Below are positions 1 through 12,028 of a stretch of 64,000 nucleotides of DNA, in pieces. The DNA is taken from positions 43,152,001 to 43,216,000 of the forward strand of contig NC_043012.1 in NCBI RefSeq assembly GCF_006345805.1. The letters are read 5' to 3'. The notes beneath the pieces are model-generated. The model was not told the DNA's origin, ran no database searches, and saw only the letters and a list, made by a program, of their open reading frames with translations. This DNA comes from Octopus sinensis. Its lineage: Eukaryota. How positions within the stretch are numbered: the stretch's first letter is position 1; every line of letters begins with the position of its first letter. The position numbers and the translations under genes were made by a program.

Positions 1-147
1 GGCATTCATTAGTACAACACTAAGTACAAAACCAAATATATGGCACCCTAGGCATAACACCAACATGAACTTCTAACTTGTCTCTTGAGGTCTCTGGGTG
101 AGACTTGGAGTCAACTTGTACAAATGCAAAGCAAAAGTCAAACATAA

Positions 148-150
<3 letters not shown>
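1..150 (+). mobile_element. LINE 3'-UTR-like repeat ending in (AAT)n
   Basis: Reverse-complement copy at 34652-34830; both abut AAT tracts. Confidence 0.6.
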
Positions 151-202
<52 letters not shown>

Positions 203-223
203 TAATAATAATGATAATAATAA

Positions 224-405
224 TCCTTTCTACTATAGATACAAGCCCTGATACCTGTGGGAGGGGACTAGTCGATTACTTCGACCCCAGTGTTTCATTT
301 AATCTATCGATCCGAAAGGATGAAAGGCAAAGTCGACTTCCGCGAAATTTGAACTCACAATGTGAATGCCGCTAAGCATTTTGCCCGGCGTGCTAACGAT
401 TCTAA
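224..405 (-). mobile_element. SINE family A copy
   Basis: Similar to 4670-4880. Confidence 0.85.
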
Positions 406-547
406 TAACAATATATATACATATATACATAAAAGAATATAAGGATAAACATCACGTTCATGATTTTAGCTGGAGTTTTTGGTAGTTTTAGAAGGTATCG
501 TCACTTCAAGCATGCTGGAGAAATGTCGTTTTCGCCCGAAAAATAAT

Positions 548-597
<50 letters not shown>

Positions 598-1163
598 TAC
601 ACACACACATACACACACACCGTTGGTTTGTGCATATACGCACACATGCACACACACACGCTGTTGGTTTGATTACGTCCCTGTTACTTAACTGTTCGAC
701 AAGACACCGATAAAATAGATATATCAAATACATGCAACAGACTATTTTTTCGGCTAAAACTCTGGAGCATTATTGCAGTCTCTTAGCTTCCACTGTAGTG
801 GTTACTGGGCCGCTGTAATTAGCAGCTTTACTAATTATGATTGTATAGTGGAAAATTACGATAAAACTAATAATAATGTTCCTACGTATATTTCAGTATT
901 GCAGTTATTTGGAACTCGGCATTGGATACAGAGATTTAGTATTGGTTTCAAATTTTGGCATGAGGCAAGCAATTTCAGGAGAGGGGGTAAATCGATTGCA
1001 TCGACTCCAGTGCTGAACATAAAGACGAACAAAATGCCACAAAGCATTTTGCTGTGTGTGCTACAGAGAGAGTTTCAAATAATGGGGAAAACATACGTGG
1101 GAAATATTTATATCTGTATATAAATTTAATTACGACAATATATATATATTTTTGGAATTCTTC

Positions 1164-1231
<68 letters not shown>

Positions 1232-1926
1232 TGTGAATTCTCCCCCCCTATATATATATATATATATATGGATATATATATGTATGTATGTATATATATA
1301 TATATATGTATATATATACACACATATATATATGTATATATACACATATATATATATATTATATATATATATATATATATAGTTGAAATTTATAGAAAAA
1401 CAAAAGACGAAGACAGGTGTATGAACCAGCAAGTGTATTAGTTTAACGTACGGGAAAATGAGAAAGTCTTTTACGTTTCGAGACTACACTCTTCAACAGG
1501 AGGGAATAAAAAAATCTTGTAGATTTAGCGGTCAAGCATGGTGACTGGTTGGAAGAAACGGTTTGACAGGAGAGGTCGAATGAAGGGGTTAAATACATAT
1601 ATATGTTTCTGTATATAACGAGATCAACGACGCTTCGTCGCTAGATAAGGTATTTAGTATTTTGTGAGTGGGGTGAATTTTCATCACTAGCTGGTGATTA
1701 GCACACGTTGAGGAGGGTAACCACCCAGAAACTCGAGTCCGTGTGTATCACTTAATGCTAGGGATGAGAGCAATGACCTCTCCTCGCAAATACTAATCGG
1801 ACAGAATCTGTGTCGTTAGCCAGCTGGAAGAGATGTCTTCCTGAGGCTATAAACGTCAGTAGCACTGTCCCGTATAGGACGCCACACTTGGTTGCCAATT
1901 ATATGTTACGATGTATATATATATAT

Positions 1927-2180
1927 CACCGTGATCACCGTGACCGACCAGGCTATCAGATGCTTCTACACATCGCTGGTCACCATGCATTTCGCATTGT
2001 TTTAGCCTTCTAATGACGCCACCCTGCTGGCTAAGCGAGCAGGCAAATAGAAGAAAGAGTGAGAGAAAGTTGTGGCGAAAGAGTACAGCAGGGATCGCCA
2101 CCAACCCCTGCCGGAGCCGCGTGGAGCTTTAGGTGTTTTCGCTCAATAAACACTCACAGCACCCGGTCTGGGAATCGAAT
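1927..2180 (-). mobile_element. Probable third SINE family, 5'-truncated at the B box
   Basis: Minus strand starts TTCGATTCCCAGACCGGG and ends in a CACGGTGA repeat; embedded in (TA)n. Single copy in the window. Confidence 0.55.
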
Positions 2181-2230
2181 ATATAATATATATATATTCG
2201 ATTCCCAGACCGGGCGTTGTGAGTGTTTAT
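2146..2230. repeat. Inverted repeat, ~40-bp arms around a TA spacer
   Basis: ataaacactcacagcacccggtctgggaatcgaat / attcgattcccagaccgggcgttgtgagtgtttat. Confidence 0.92.
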
Positions 2231-2250
2231 ATTATATATATATATATATA

Positions 2251-2296
<46 letters not shown>

Positions 2297-2312
2297 GTAT
2301 GTATGAATATAT

Positions 2313-2349
<37 letters not shown>

Positions 2350-2355
2350 ACATAC

Positions 2356-2446
<91 letters not shown>

Positions 2447-2461
2447 TGTATGTGTGTGTGT

Positions 2462-2625
2462 GCAGACGTGGGTGTGTGGTAAAAAGCTTCCTTCCCAACC
2501 ACATGGTTCCGGGTTCAGTCAGTCCCACTGCGTGGCACATTGGGAAAGTGTCTTCTACTCTAGTCTCGGGCCGCCCAAAGCCTTGTGAGTGGATTTGGTA
2601 GGCGGAAACTGTAAGAAGCTAGTCA
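2462..2625 (+). mobile_element. SINE family B 5' half
   Basis: GTGTGGTAA..GGTTCCGGGTTCAGTC..TTGGGAAAGTGTCTTCT. Confidence 0.8.
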
Positions 2626-2772
2626 TATATATATATATATATATATGTACATTTAAGCACAAAGAGGCGAGGCTTAACAGGTCGCCTTACATACAAGAAG
2701 GAACAGTCAAAATGTCCAAACCGCAGTTAAGAGCAATTTCGAAGGGAATGAAAAATAACATTTACCATGTTT

Positions 2773-2851
2773 TACAACCGGACCTTAGGTGTTTCGAACT
2801 TTAATTAGCAAATAAAATAATTTGCAAGGGGAAGTTCTTATCAGCGTTATA
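2773..2851 (-). ncRNA. Hammerhead ribozyme-like motif
   Basis: Minus strand: TATAACG-CTGATAA-GAACTT..AAGTTC-GAAAC..GTC-CGGTTGTA. Stem II perfect; stems I and III imperfect. Confidence 0.55.
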
Positions 2852-2998
2852 CGCCAAAACATTAACATATAAATTAGAGAGAAAAAAACATGTGTCTCAT
2901 CCTTCTATATTATAATTTTTCAAATCCTCCGCAGTTTCAATTGACAGCAAATATAAATTCCGATTAAACTTCAGAAATTGCTAAAAACATGTCTTAAA

Positions 2999-3166
2999 AT
3001 TAATATAGGGTAGGAAAAATTATAGAATTTTTTTCTTTCAGTGACCTAGCATGTATACAAAATAAATAGACATATTTTACATATAAATATAATATCTATT
3101 GACTTTGTATACATGCTAGACCACTGGTAGAAAAATTTCTATAATTCATCCTACCCTATATTAATA
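2999..3166. repeat. Imperfect inverted repeat, ~75-bp arms
   Basis: ttaatatagggtagga..ctagcatgtatacaaa / tttgtatacatgctag..tcctaccctatattaa. Confidence 0.9.
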
Positions 3167-3515
3167 TTAATATATATACACATATATATGTGTGTATATA
3201 TTAAATATATATATAGATGTGTGTGTGTGTATGTATGTGTGTGTGTGTGTGCGTGTGTGCGCTGTGTGCGTGCGTTCATGTGTGTGTGCTTGTATCTGTG
3301 TTTACGTCCACGTAAGGTATCGGTTCCCCAAAACAGATAAATAGATAAATTCGAATCTTAAAATTAAAAGTACTGCCGACGATTTATTCGGCGCTATATA
3401 GTGACTCAAGAGGTGAGAATTTCGTAAAACATATTTACTGTTTGTGTTAGCAAACCTAAAAATACGCTCTTATATATATATTAGATGCATATATATATAT
3501 ACATACATACATTAT

Positions 3516-3593
<78 letters not shown>

Positions 3594-4669
3594 ATATATA
3601 AATTTATATATTAATTTATATTATATTATATTATATTATATTATATTATATTATATTATATTATATATATATATATTCTTATAAACGTTTCAGCCCTAAA
3701 GCCGTGTCCATGGTAGGGTACCGCTACACACACACACACACACACACACCCACACACACACAACACATGCACGTATGTGTATTAATACATACGTATATAC
3801 ATATACATATTTAATTTATAGAGTCAGAAGTTGAGATCCAGATATATGTGTGTGTGTGTGTGTGTGTTTGTATGTATAAATGTCTATCTGTCTGCCCGTC
3901 TGTCTGTATCATTATAGAAAATGTGCATACACTTTCTTACTATTCGTATTTGAGACAACTCTAAAAGTTTACCGCTAAGTCTAGAAAAACTATATTTGTA
4001 TCGTATACAGCACATAAAAGATATTTCAGTGAATGTTACCTCGTTGTAGAAGGTATTCGGAATTGATATCTTAATGTCGACATCAGAAAAATGCCGCAAA
4101 TTTCCATTTTCTTGCGTTCTTTCCTATATAATGTTTTAATATCTTATGGAAAAGAAGCTGAACGTATGACATGTATTGAAATTGTTGCATATTAAGATTT
4201 TTGAGCTTGTTTCAGTTACTTGTAATCATTCCACTTCACATACTTCATCAAGAATAGAAACATTTGTTGGTACAGAACCACATTTGTTTGTCAGAAATTG
4301 AGTGACTTAATTATGTAGCTGATGGTACAATTTTACTTTATACAAAGATTTTCGTAAAGTAGAAACGGTCAAGTATCGAAATAACTACCTTACAGCATAA
4401 GTAATCTTCCTTTATGTTCTGAGTTAAAATTTTGTTGAGACCTACTACTGGAATCAATGAAATCGACTATTATTAGTAACAGCATTATTAGTGTTAACGT
4501 GAAAATATCTCTTGTGATGTACCACCATGTGACACCTAACATCAGTCATATCTTACGATGAATTTGATCAGTAAACTTGGAAGTAAATGAAAACTTCACA
4601 ATTTGCTTTTAGTTTTTTATATGATTTAGCTCGCTTGTTTACTTTTTATCAATAATAATAATAATAAAC

Positions 4670-4883
4670 ATTTCTACTAAAGGCTCACGGCCTGAAATTG
4701 GGGGAGGGGACTAGTCGATTACATTGATCCCAGTGTTTTACCGGTACCTAATTTATCGACCCCGAAAGGATGAAAGGCAAAGTCAACCTCGACGGAATTT
4801 GAACTCAGAACGTAACGACGGACGAAATACTGCTAAGTATTTCGTCCAGCGTGCTAACCAATCTACCAGCCCGCCGCCTTAAC

Positions 4884-4949
<66 letters not shown>

Positions 4950-5350
4950 CCTTTCTACTATAGGCACAAGGCCTGAAATTTGGTGGGAGGAGACTAGTCA
5001 ATTACATCGACCCCAGTGTTTCACTGGTACTTAATTTATCGACTCCGAAAGGATGAAAGGCAAAGTCGACTTCAGCGGAATTTGAATTCAGAACGTAGCG
5101 GCAGACGAAATACTTATTTCTTTATTACCTACAAGGGGCTAAACTTAGAGGGGACAAACAAGGACAGATATAGGTATTAAGTCGATTACATCGACCCCAG
5201 TGCGTAACGGCTACTTAATTTATCGACCCCGAAAGGATGAAAGGCAAAGTCGACCTCGGCGGAATTTGAACTCAGGACGTATCGGCAGACGAAATACCGC
5301 AAAGCATTTTGCCCGGCGTGCTAACAATTTTGCCAGCTCGCTGCCTTATC

Positions 5351-5391
<41 letters not shown>

Positions 5392-5541
5392 TTTCTACTG
5401 TAGGCACAGGGCTTGAAATTTATTGGGAGGGGGCAAGTCGATTACATCGACCCTAGTACTCACCTAGTACTTAATTTATCGACCCCGAAAAGATGGAAGG
5501 TAAAGTCCGCCTTGGCGGAATTTGAACTCAGAACGTAGCGG
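4670..5541 (-). mobile_element. Three tandem tRNA-derived Nin/Deu-domain SINEs (family A) separated by (AAT)n; the middle copy (4950-5348) is composite
   Basis: Head with B-box-like GAGTTCAAATTCC and the Nin-like core GCCTTTCATCCTTTCGGGGTCGATAAATTAAGTACCAG; (ATT)n tails. Confidence 0.88.
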
Positions 5542-5641
5542 NNNNNNNNNNNNNNNNNNNNNNNNNNNNNNNNNNNNNNNNNNNNNNNNNNNNNNNNNNN
5601 NNNNNNNNNNNNNNNNNNNNNNNNNNNNNNNNNNNNNNNNN
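5542..5641. other. Assembly gap (100 N)
   Basis: Run of n. Confidence 1.
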
Positions 5642-5791
5642 GCAGATAGACATACACATTCATTTGTTAATATAAATGTCCACAAGAGGCATTCCAGACG
5701 TTTTAAGACTTTTGCAGGAGAGACATCAATTTGAAAGAAGTACAAATCTCTAATCTCCTTCAAATTTACTTACCACACAGACACAGACACA

Positions 5792-5854
<63 letters not shown>

Positions 5855-6062
5855 GTATGCATATATATATATACATATATACATAGATATATGTGTGCGT
5901 ATGAATGTATATATATATATATATATATGCATATGTGTGTTTGTGTGTGATTGACAGGTATTAACTTAAACACCCGTGACTCGGAGTTTTAATGAAGTAC
6001 ATGTTAGTTCAAATACGCAATGAATGTCTGAACGATTAGACCTGTTTCGAGTGTATTTGAAT

Positions 6063-6110
<48 letters not shown>

Positions 6111-6161
6111 TAATAATAAAATTAAAATAATAATAATAATAATAATAATAAAATAAAAATG

Positions 6162-6195
<34 letters not shown>

Positions 6196-6275
6196 TTAAA
6201 ATATAATAATAATAATAATAATATAATATAATAATAAAATTAAAATAATAATAATAATAATACTAAAAAAATTAA

Positions 6276-6317
<42 letters not shown>

Positions 6318-6430
6318 CATAATAATAATATAATAATAATATAATAATCAATAAATAAAAATAATATATGCAGGTAGTGCTACTGAGTTAGTCATGGCCT
6401 GGGAATAATGCCCGAAAACAATTTAAATTT

Positions 6431-6461
<31 letters not shown>

Positions 6462-6499
6462 TATATATATTATATATATAATACATTGTTTAGTCCTTT

Positions 6500-6706
6500 A
6501 TCTTTTAATTTTTACTTATTTCAGTCATTTGACTGCGGCCAATGTGGGGCACCGCCTTGAAGAATTTCAATCGAACAGATCGGCACCAATACATTTTATA
6601 TCTTTAAACCTGGTACTTGTTCTATCGGATTCGTTTGCCGGACCTCTAACTTAAACACACTAACAGCTGTTGTCAAGCGGTAGCAGGTGATAAACACAGA
6701 TACAAA

Positions 6707-6784
<78 letters not shown>

Positions 6785-6920
6785 CACACACACACACGCA
6801 CACACACTCACACATTGATACATACATATACACACGACGGGCTTCTTTCAGTTTCCGTCAACCAAATTTACTCACGGTCGGAGGCCATAGTTGAAGGTAC
6901 TCACCACACAGCCACGCCTA
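6500..6920 (-). mobile_element. SINE family B, diverged
   Basis: Same tail, internal (CA)n and head remnant. Confidence 0.8.
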
Positions 6921-6947
6921 TATTTTTGTTCGAACATATTTTACACA

Positions 6948-6998
<51 letters not shown>

Positions 6999-7616
6999 GC
7001 ACACACACACACACACTATCCGATTACAAAAGTAGCAAAGAACATTCTGTAGAATTGCAGTTCAAAACCTTCTGGTATTGTGGCAAAAACAATTCTGTTT
7101 CCTCAGATGTTAAAAAAATTCCTCAAAAAGATGACAAAAAAAAACAAAAACAAACAAACCAAAAACTATTTTAAAGTTTAAAATTTTGAAGCAAAATTCA
7201 AAAAAAAAAAAAAATTTGGCTTTTGCTGTTTTATTAATCATTTTGTGTCGCACAAAATTTTGAGTATGTTTTACAAGATGCTCAGATTTGGATTTTTGAA
7301 AGGCTTAAGTGCCTGAAAATCCGCGGTGCACCTAGATATCTTTGTAGCTCACCTTTTCAGAACTATTATTCTAGAATATATAAAAATACTTAGGCATTCC
7401 ATATTAAGAATCTGAATTTTTTCCCCCCTTCTGAATACAGTCGTTTTAATCGTTCATATTTTTTACTAATGGTACTTATTTTATCAGTTTGAATATCTTT
7501 ATGGTATGTATTTTTAGGATCCTGGCTAAATGAGCAATAAAGTTGATTTCAATGATTAGAATGCAAATATGAACTACATACGATGACGATGACAATGACA
7601 TTAATAACCTCAAAAT

Positions 7617-7689
<73 letters not shown>

Positions 7690-8270
7690 TAATTATAATC
7701 AAAAGAAGAAGAAGAGCAACAATAAAAGATTCTATCATGAATCTGTCGAACGATTTTTACAGGCGCACATAAGTATGCACACACATATATGTACAAGGAT
7801 GTACATACAAACACGTTTGTGCATTTGTGGACAAGTAATCCGTTAAATAAATATGTATATTTAAATCTACTTTCGATATATACCCAGTGCATTGCATGTA
7901 AAACACAATAATACACGTATTTTTATACAAACGCATTCACTCATACGCGCATACATCCACACCTATATTTAATAGTCAATCAACTCAAAATTGCACAATC
8001 ATATTTATAAACACATATTATATATATATATATCCATATATACAAACACACAAATAACAGGTATATATATATATTCATACACATATAAACACACTAATAC
8101 ACACACACACACTCTCACACACGCAAACACACACACACACATCTGCATACACAGTGTTATAACCTAGCATAATGTCTACATGATAATTACATTTTAGGTA
8201 TTATAAGACAGTTTTAGATACCTGCATTTATTACTAACAGTCCACTCACACTTCTTGGCTATATGTTCAA

Positions 8271-9170
8271 TTAAGTTTTTGTATCGACATTATATGAAAG
8301 TTTTCTCTTTCTTCCAGTTCGGCGACGTCCTCGACCATCGATTGACGTAGTGTCTTTTATCAACTTGATGTCAGCGCCAGTACTCTTTAATATACTAGCC
8401 AATGCTGATATATAATGAATTGCTAATCGGAGAGTAGCTATCTTTGATAGCTTTTGGTGTTCACTTAGATTCGACTTAGGAACAACACGTCGAAGATCAT
8501 CGAAGGCGTCGTTAAGCATATGCATTCGGGTTCGTTCCCGCTCCGTGGCTCCCTCACGACTGCTGTCAGTAGACTTGGACATTTGTCTAATACGCGTTCT
8601 TCCTGGTCGATGGAAAATCGATAAACTGTTGTATTTAGAAGGACTGTGGCAAACTTCTACTGGAAACGATGTTGCTGATAAATCAATCTCAGCATTTTGA
8701 AGAGATGTGTGATGTTGCAAATTATATGTGTATTGGCCTTGGTGATGTAGTTCGGTCAATGGCGTTACGTGAGATTGTTGTTGTTGTTGCTGCTGCTGTG
8801 GTTGATGATGATGATGATGATGGTCACGTTGGTGGTGACTATGATGTTGATGAGTATTTTGTTGCAATGATGTTTGTTGCTGCTGTTGTATTTGCAAATC
8901 ATTAGGTTCAGCGAGTGTCGTATAATATCCAGTTGTAGCGTATTGCGAAGACACTGCATTGTCAAATATACTCCAGGGTAAATTTCTGTTAGTTTGGGCA
9001 TTTGGTCCTTCATTCAGCGAATTGTATGACCCAGACGGGGTAGAATCAATTGATGTATCTCGTAGGTGATAAACTGGATTTGCATCTATAGATTGAGAAT
9101 GCATTGTTTGGTACGGATCCCTATCTTCTTGGTATAAACCAATAGGGTAAGCTGTTTCAAAATCCATCAT
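8271..9170 (-). CDS. Group A bHLH transcription factor (atonal/twist-like superfamily), single coding exon, polyQ/polyH tract
   Basis: Uninterrupted 299-aa ORF with a C-terminal bHLH ([24 protein letters not shown]...[18 protein letters not shown]), a basic NLS-like tail ([11 protein letters not shown]) and Q/H-rich low complexity. Exact family not assignable by eye. Confidence 0.93.
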   Translation of the reverse strand: MMDFETAYPIGLYQEDRDPYQTMHSQSIDANPVYHLRDTSIDSTPSGSYNSLNEGPNAQTNRNLPWSIFDNAVSSQYATTGYYTTLAEPNDLQIQQQQQTSLQQNTHQHHSHHQRDHHHHHHQPQQQQQQQQSHVTPLTELHHQGQYTYNLQHHTSLQNAEIDLSATSFPVEVCHSPSKYNSLSIFHRPGRTRIRQMSKSTDSSREGATERERTRMHMLNDAFDDLRRVVPKSNLSEHQKLSKIATLRLAIHYISALASILKSTGADIKLIKDTTSIDGRGRRRTGRKRKLSYNVDTKT

Positions 9171-9467
9171 TTCGATGTTGTTGTAGAAAGTTATGTATGT
9201 ATGTATGTATGTATGTATGTATGTATGAACGTACGTATGTACGTATGTATGTATGTGTGTACGTATGTGTGTATATATGAATGTATGTATAAATGTCTGT
9301 ATGTATGTATGTATGTATGTATCTAGTTATGTATGTATCTTTTAAGTTATACGAATGGTCAACAGGATTTTTTGTAATTGTTTCACATTTCTGCAATTAT
9401 GCATGTATGTATGTGTGTGTGTGTGTGTGTGTGAGTGAATGTGTGTGTGTGTGTTGTGTGTGTGTGT

Positions 9468-9509
<42 letters not shown>

Positions 9510-10667
9510 TGTGTGTGCGCACGTGTGTGTGTTATGTTGTGGGTGTAAACTCGGGATTGAAAATACTATGAAATGTTATACATATACGCATAAACTTACT
9601 ATTAGTATTAAAGGCACTTCAGAGTAAGTTTGCATTTACTTGGCTAGGGATATAAATTATGTTGTTATTTAACTCCAGTTCAGCTCTGTTGGCGCTAGCC
9701 TATGATGAAAGGCGTTTTAGGCGTGATCATTCCATCTTTTCTCTTCCCAGACATAGTATATCTCCACTAGATTGTATAAATGTAGATATTGGAGAACTTT
9801 TATATAATTTGAATGTACATGTAGAAAGAGAGATATCTGGAAGTTATACTTAACGTAGATGGATTATGATTTTTTACGTATTTTTCTCAGATGGCAAGGA
9901 GATTCTGGTTTTCTTTTTTGTAACCCAGGTTTTGATCTTTAAGTGAAATTTAACTTACGTTTATAATCATGATGATGAAATTCCATTTACGATTGTTCAT
10001 TGTCTACGGCATTGATACAATTTTTCTTTTGAATTTATTTTTCATTGTTTGTTCTTCTGAATTCTTAAAATTATTCTTTGGTACCTTCGGTTTGCATTAT
10101 TTTCTTCCCGTCTTTTATTCGTTTTCATATTGCTGTGGAGATTTTTTTTTTCAAATGAGAAATAGAATCCCATGGTATAGTTTTCTCGTTGACGTAATCA
10201 TTGTAACGATATAAAAGGAGTAAATAAGTATTTGTGAAAGCGTGGCAAAGAGGGTAGATGTGGGCGTGTATGAGTGCGTGCGCGCGCATATATTTTCGTG
10301 TGTGTGTGTGTGTGAAAAAAGAAATATATAAAGTGAATCTTGAAGAAGAAAATGAAAAAAAATAATAACAAAAATATATATTAAAGATCACTGAAATGGT
10401 TGATGTAGCCTAATGGAAGACTAACATTTTAAAAACTGCTCATTAATTTCTGTGAAAGTTAGGTAAGGATTCCATCCGATGCTTTAACGGCATGACGAAA
10501 AAAACAAATAAAAAAAAAGGGAAAAATACGTTACTGGATGATTTGGTCAAAGAACTTCACATGATACCAATAGTATTTCGGTATTCTAATAACTAAACTC
10601 TCGGCATTAAGGTCAGATTATTTTTTATTATCTTTATATTTTTCTGGTTTGAGAAATACAGATTTTT

Positions 10668-10699
<32 letters not shown>

Positions 10700-11497
10700 T
10701 ATCATTATTATTGTTGTTGTTGTTGCTGCCGTTGTGCTTGTTGTTGCTTTTGTTGTTATTATCATGCTATATATATCTCTTGAAATAATGGAACGGCCCC
10801 TTTAAACATTAAAAAGAAAGAAATCAATAGCAGCAAAGTATTTGCGGGTTTTATAGCATACTGGATCCAATGAAATGTCTTTTTGCACAGTCGCTTTCTC
10901 TTTCTTTTTTTTCTGTCTGTCTGTCTGTCTGTTACTGTCTCTGAAGAGAAAGAGAGAAGGAGGAAGGCTGAGACAAGAGACTAAAGAGCAAGGGTAGTAG
11001 GCGGAGTAGATGAAGATGAGGAATACTGCCAGGGCAGTTAAGGAGGTAGAAGAGAAGGGAAGGTGATACACGGAGGGGAGCAAAGAAAAAAAAAAGAAAA
11101 AGAAAAGTGAGGAAAGAAAGTAAGAAAAGTAGAAGAGAACGTGAAGAAAGGCGAGGAGGACGGAAGGAAGCGGAAAATATAGAAATGGCGGAAGAGGGAA
11201 GAGGGAAATAAGGGATGGTGATGACCCAGGACAGTGAAAGGGGTACGTGTAAACTGATTGATAGAAAGCGAGAAGAGATAGTGGTGTGTGTATGACCAGT
11301 AAGGCGACTATGATATGTTTGGGCGTGAATGAGTAAATGTACCTGTGTGTGTGTGTGTGACTGTTCGTGTGCGTATGTGTGTGTGTGTGTGTGTGTGTGT
11401 GATTGTACCCGTGTATGTAATTCCAGGCGGCACACAGAAAGAAAATGTGTATAAATATGTCTGTCAGTATATGTGTGTGTGAGTGTGAGTATATACT

Positions 11498-11785
11498 TTT
11501 CTTTTATTCTTTTATTTGTTTCAGTCATTTGACTGCGGCCATGCTGGAGCACCGCGTTTAGTCGAACAAATCGACCCCAGGACTTATTCTTTGTAAGCCT
11601 AGTACTTATTCAATCGGTCTCTTTTGCTGAACCTCTATGTTACGGTGACGTAAACATACCAACATCGGTTATCAAGCGATGGAGGGCGGGACAAATACAG
11701 ACACACACACATACACACACACACACACACACGACAGGCTTCTTTCAGTTTCCGTCTACCAAATCCACTCACAAGGCTTTGACGG
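11498..11785 (-). mobile_element. SINE family B, 5'-truncated
   Basis: Similar to 59862-60150. Confidence 0.85.
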
Positions 11786-11942
11786 CTAAGCAAGATATGT
11801 ATATATATATATATATATGTATTATGTGTATGTATGTATGTATATATGTATATATGTATGTATGTATGTGTGTATATGTATGTATGTATGTATGTATATA
11901 TATATATGAATATATATATATATATGTATATGTCTGTATATG

Positions 11943-12028
<86 letters not shown>

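Noticed and set aside
479-2502. Many ORFs rich in YIYI/THTH/CVCV, and poly-N/L/Y ORFs throughout the window
   Set aside because: Translations of (TA)n, (CA)n and (AAT)n microsatellites.
6030-6400. Possible hammerhead half (minus CTCGAAACAGGTC) across an AAT tract
   Set aside because: No matching CUGAnGA core or stem II arm found on the other side.
10932-11552. 206-aa ORF upstream of the bHLH gene
   Set aside because: Made of SINE tail, (CA)n and CT-rich low-complexity sequence; no domain.
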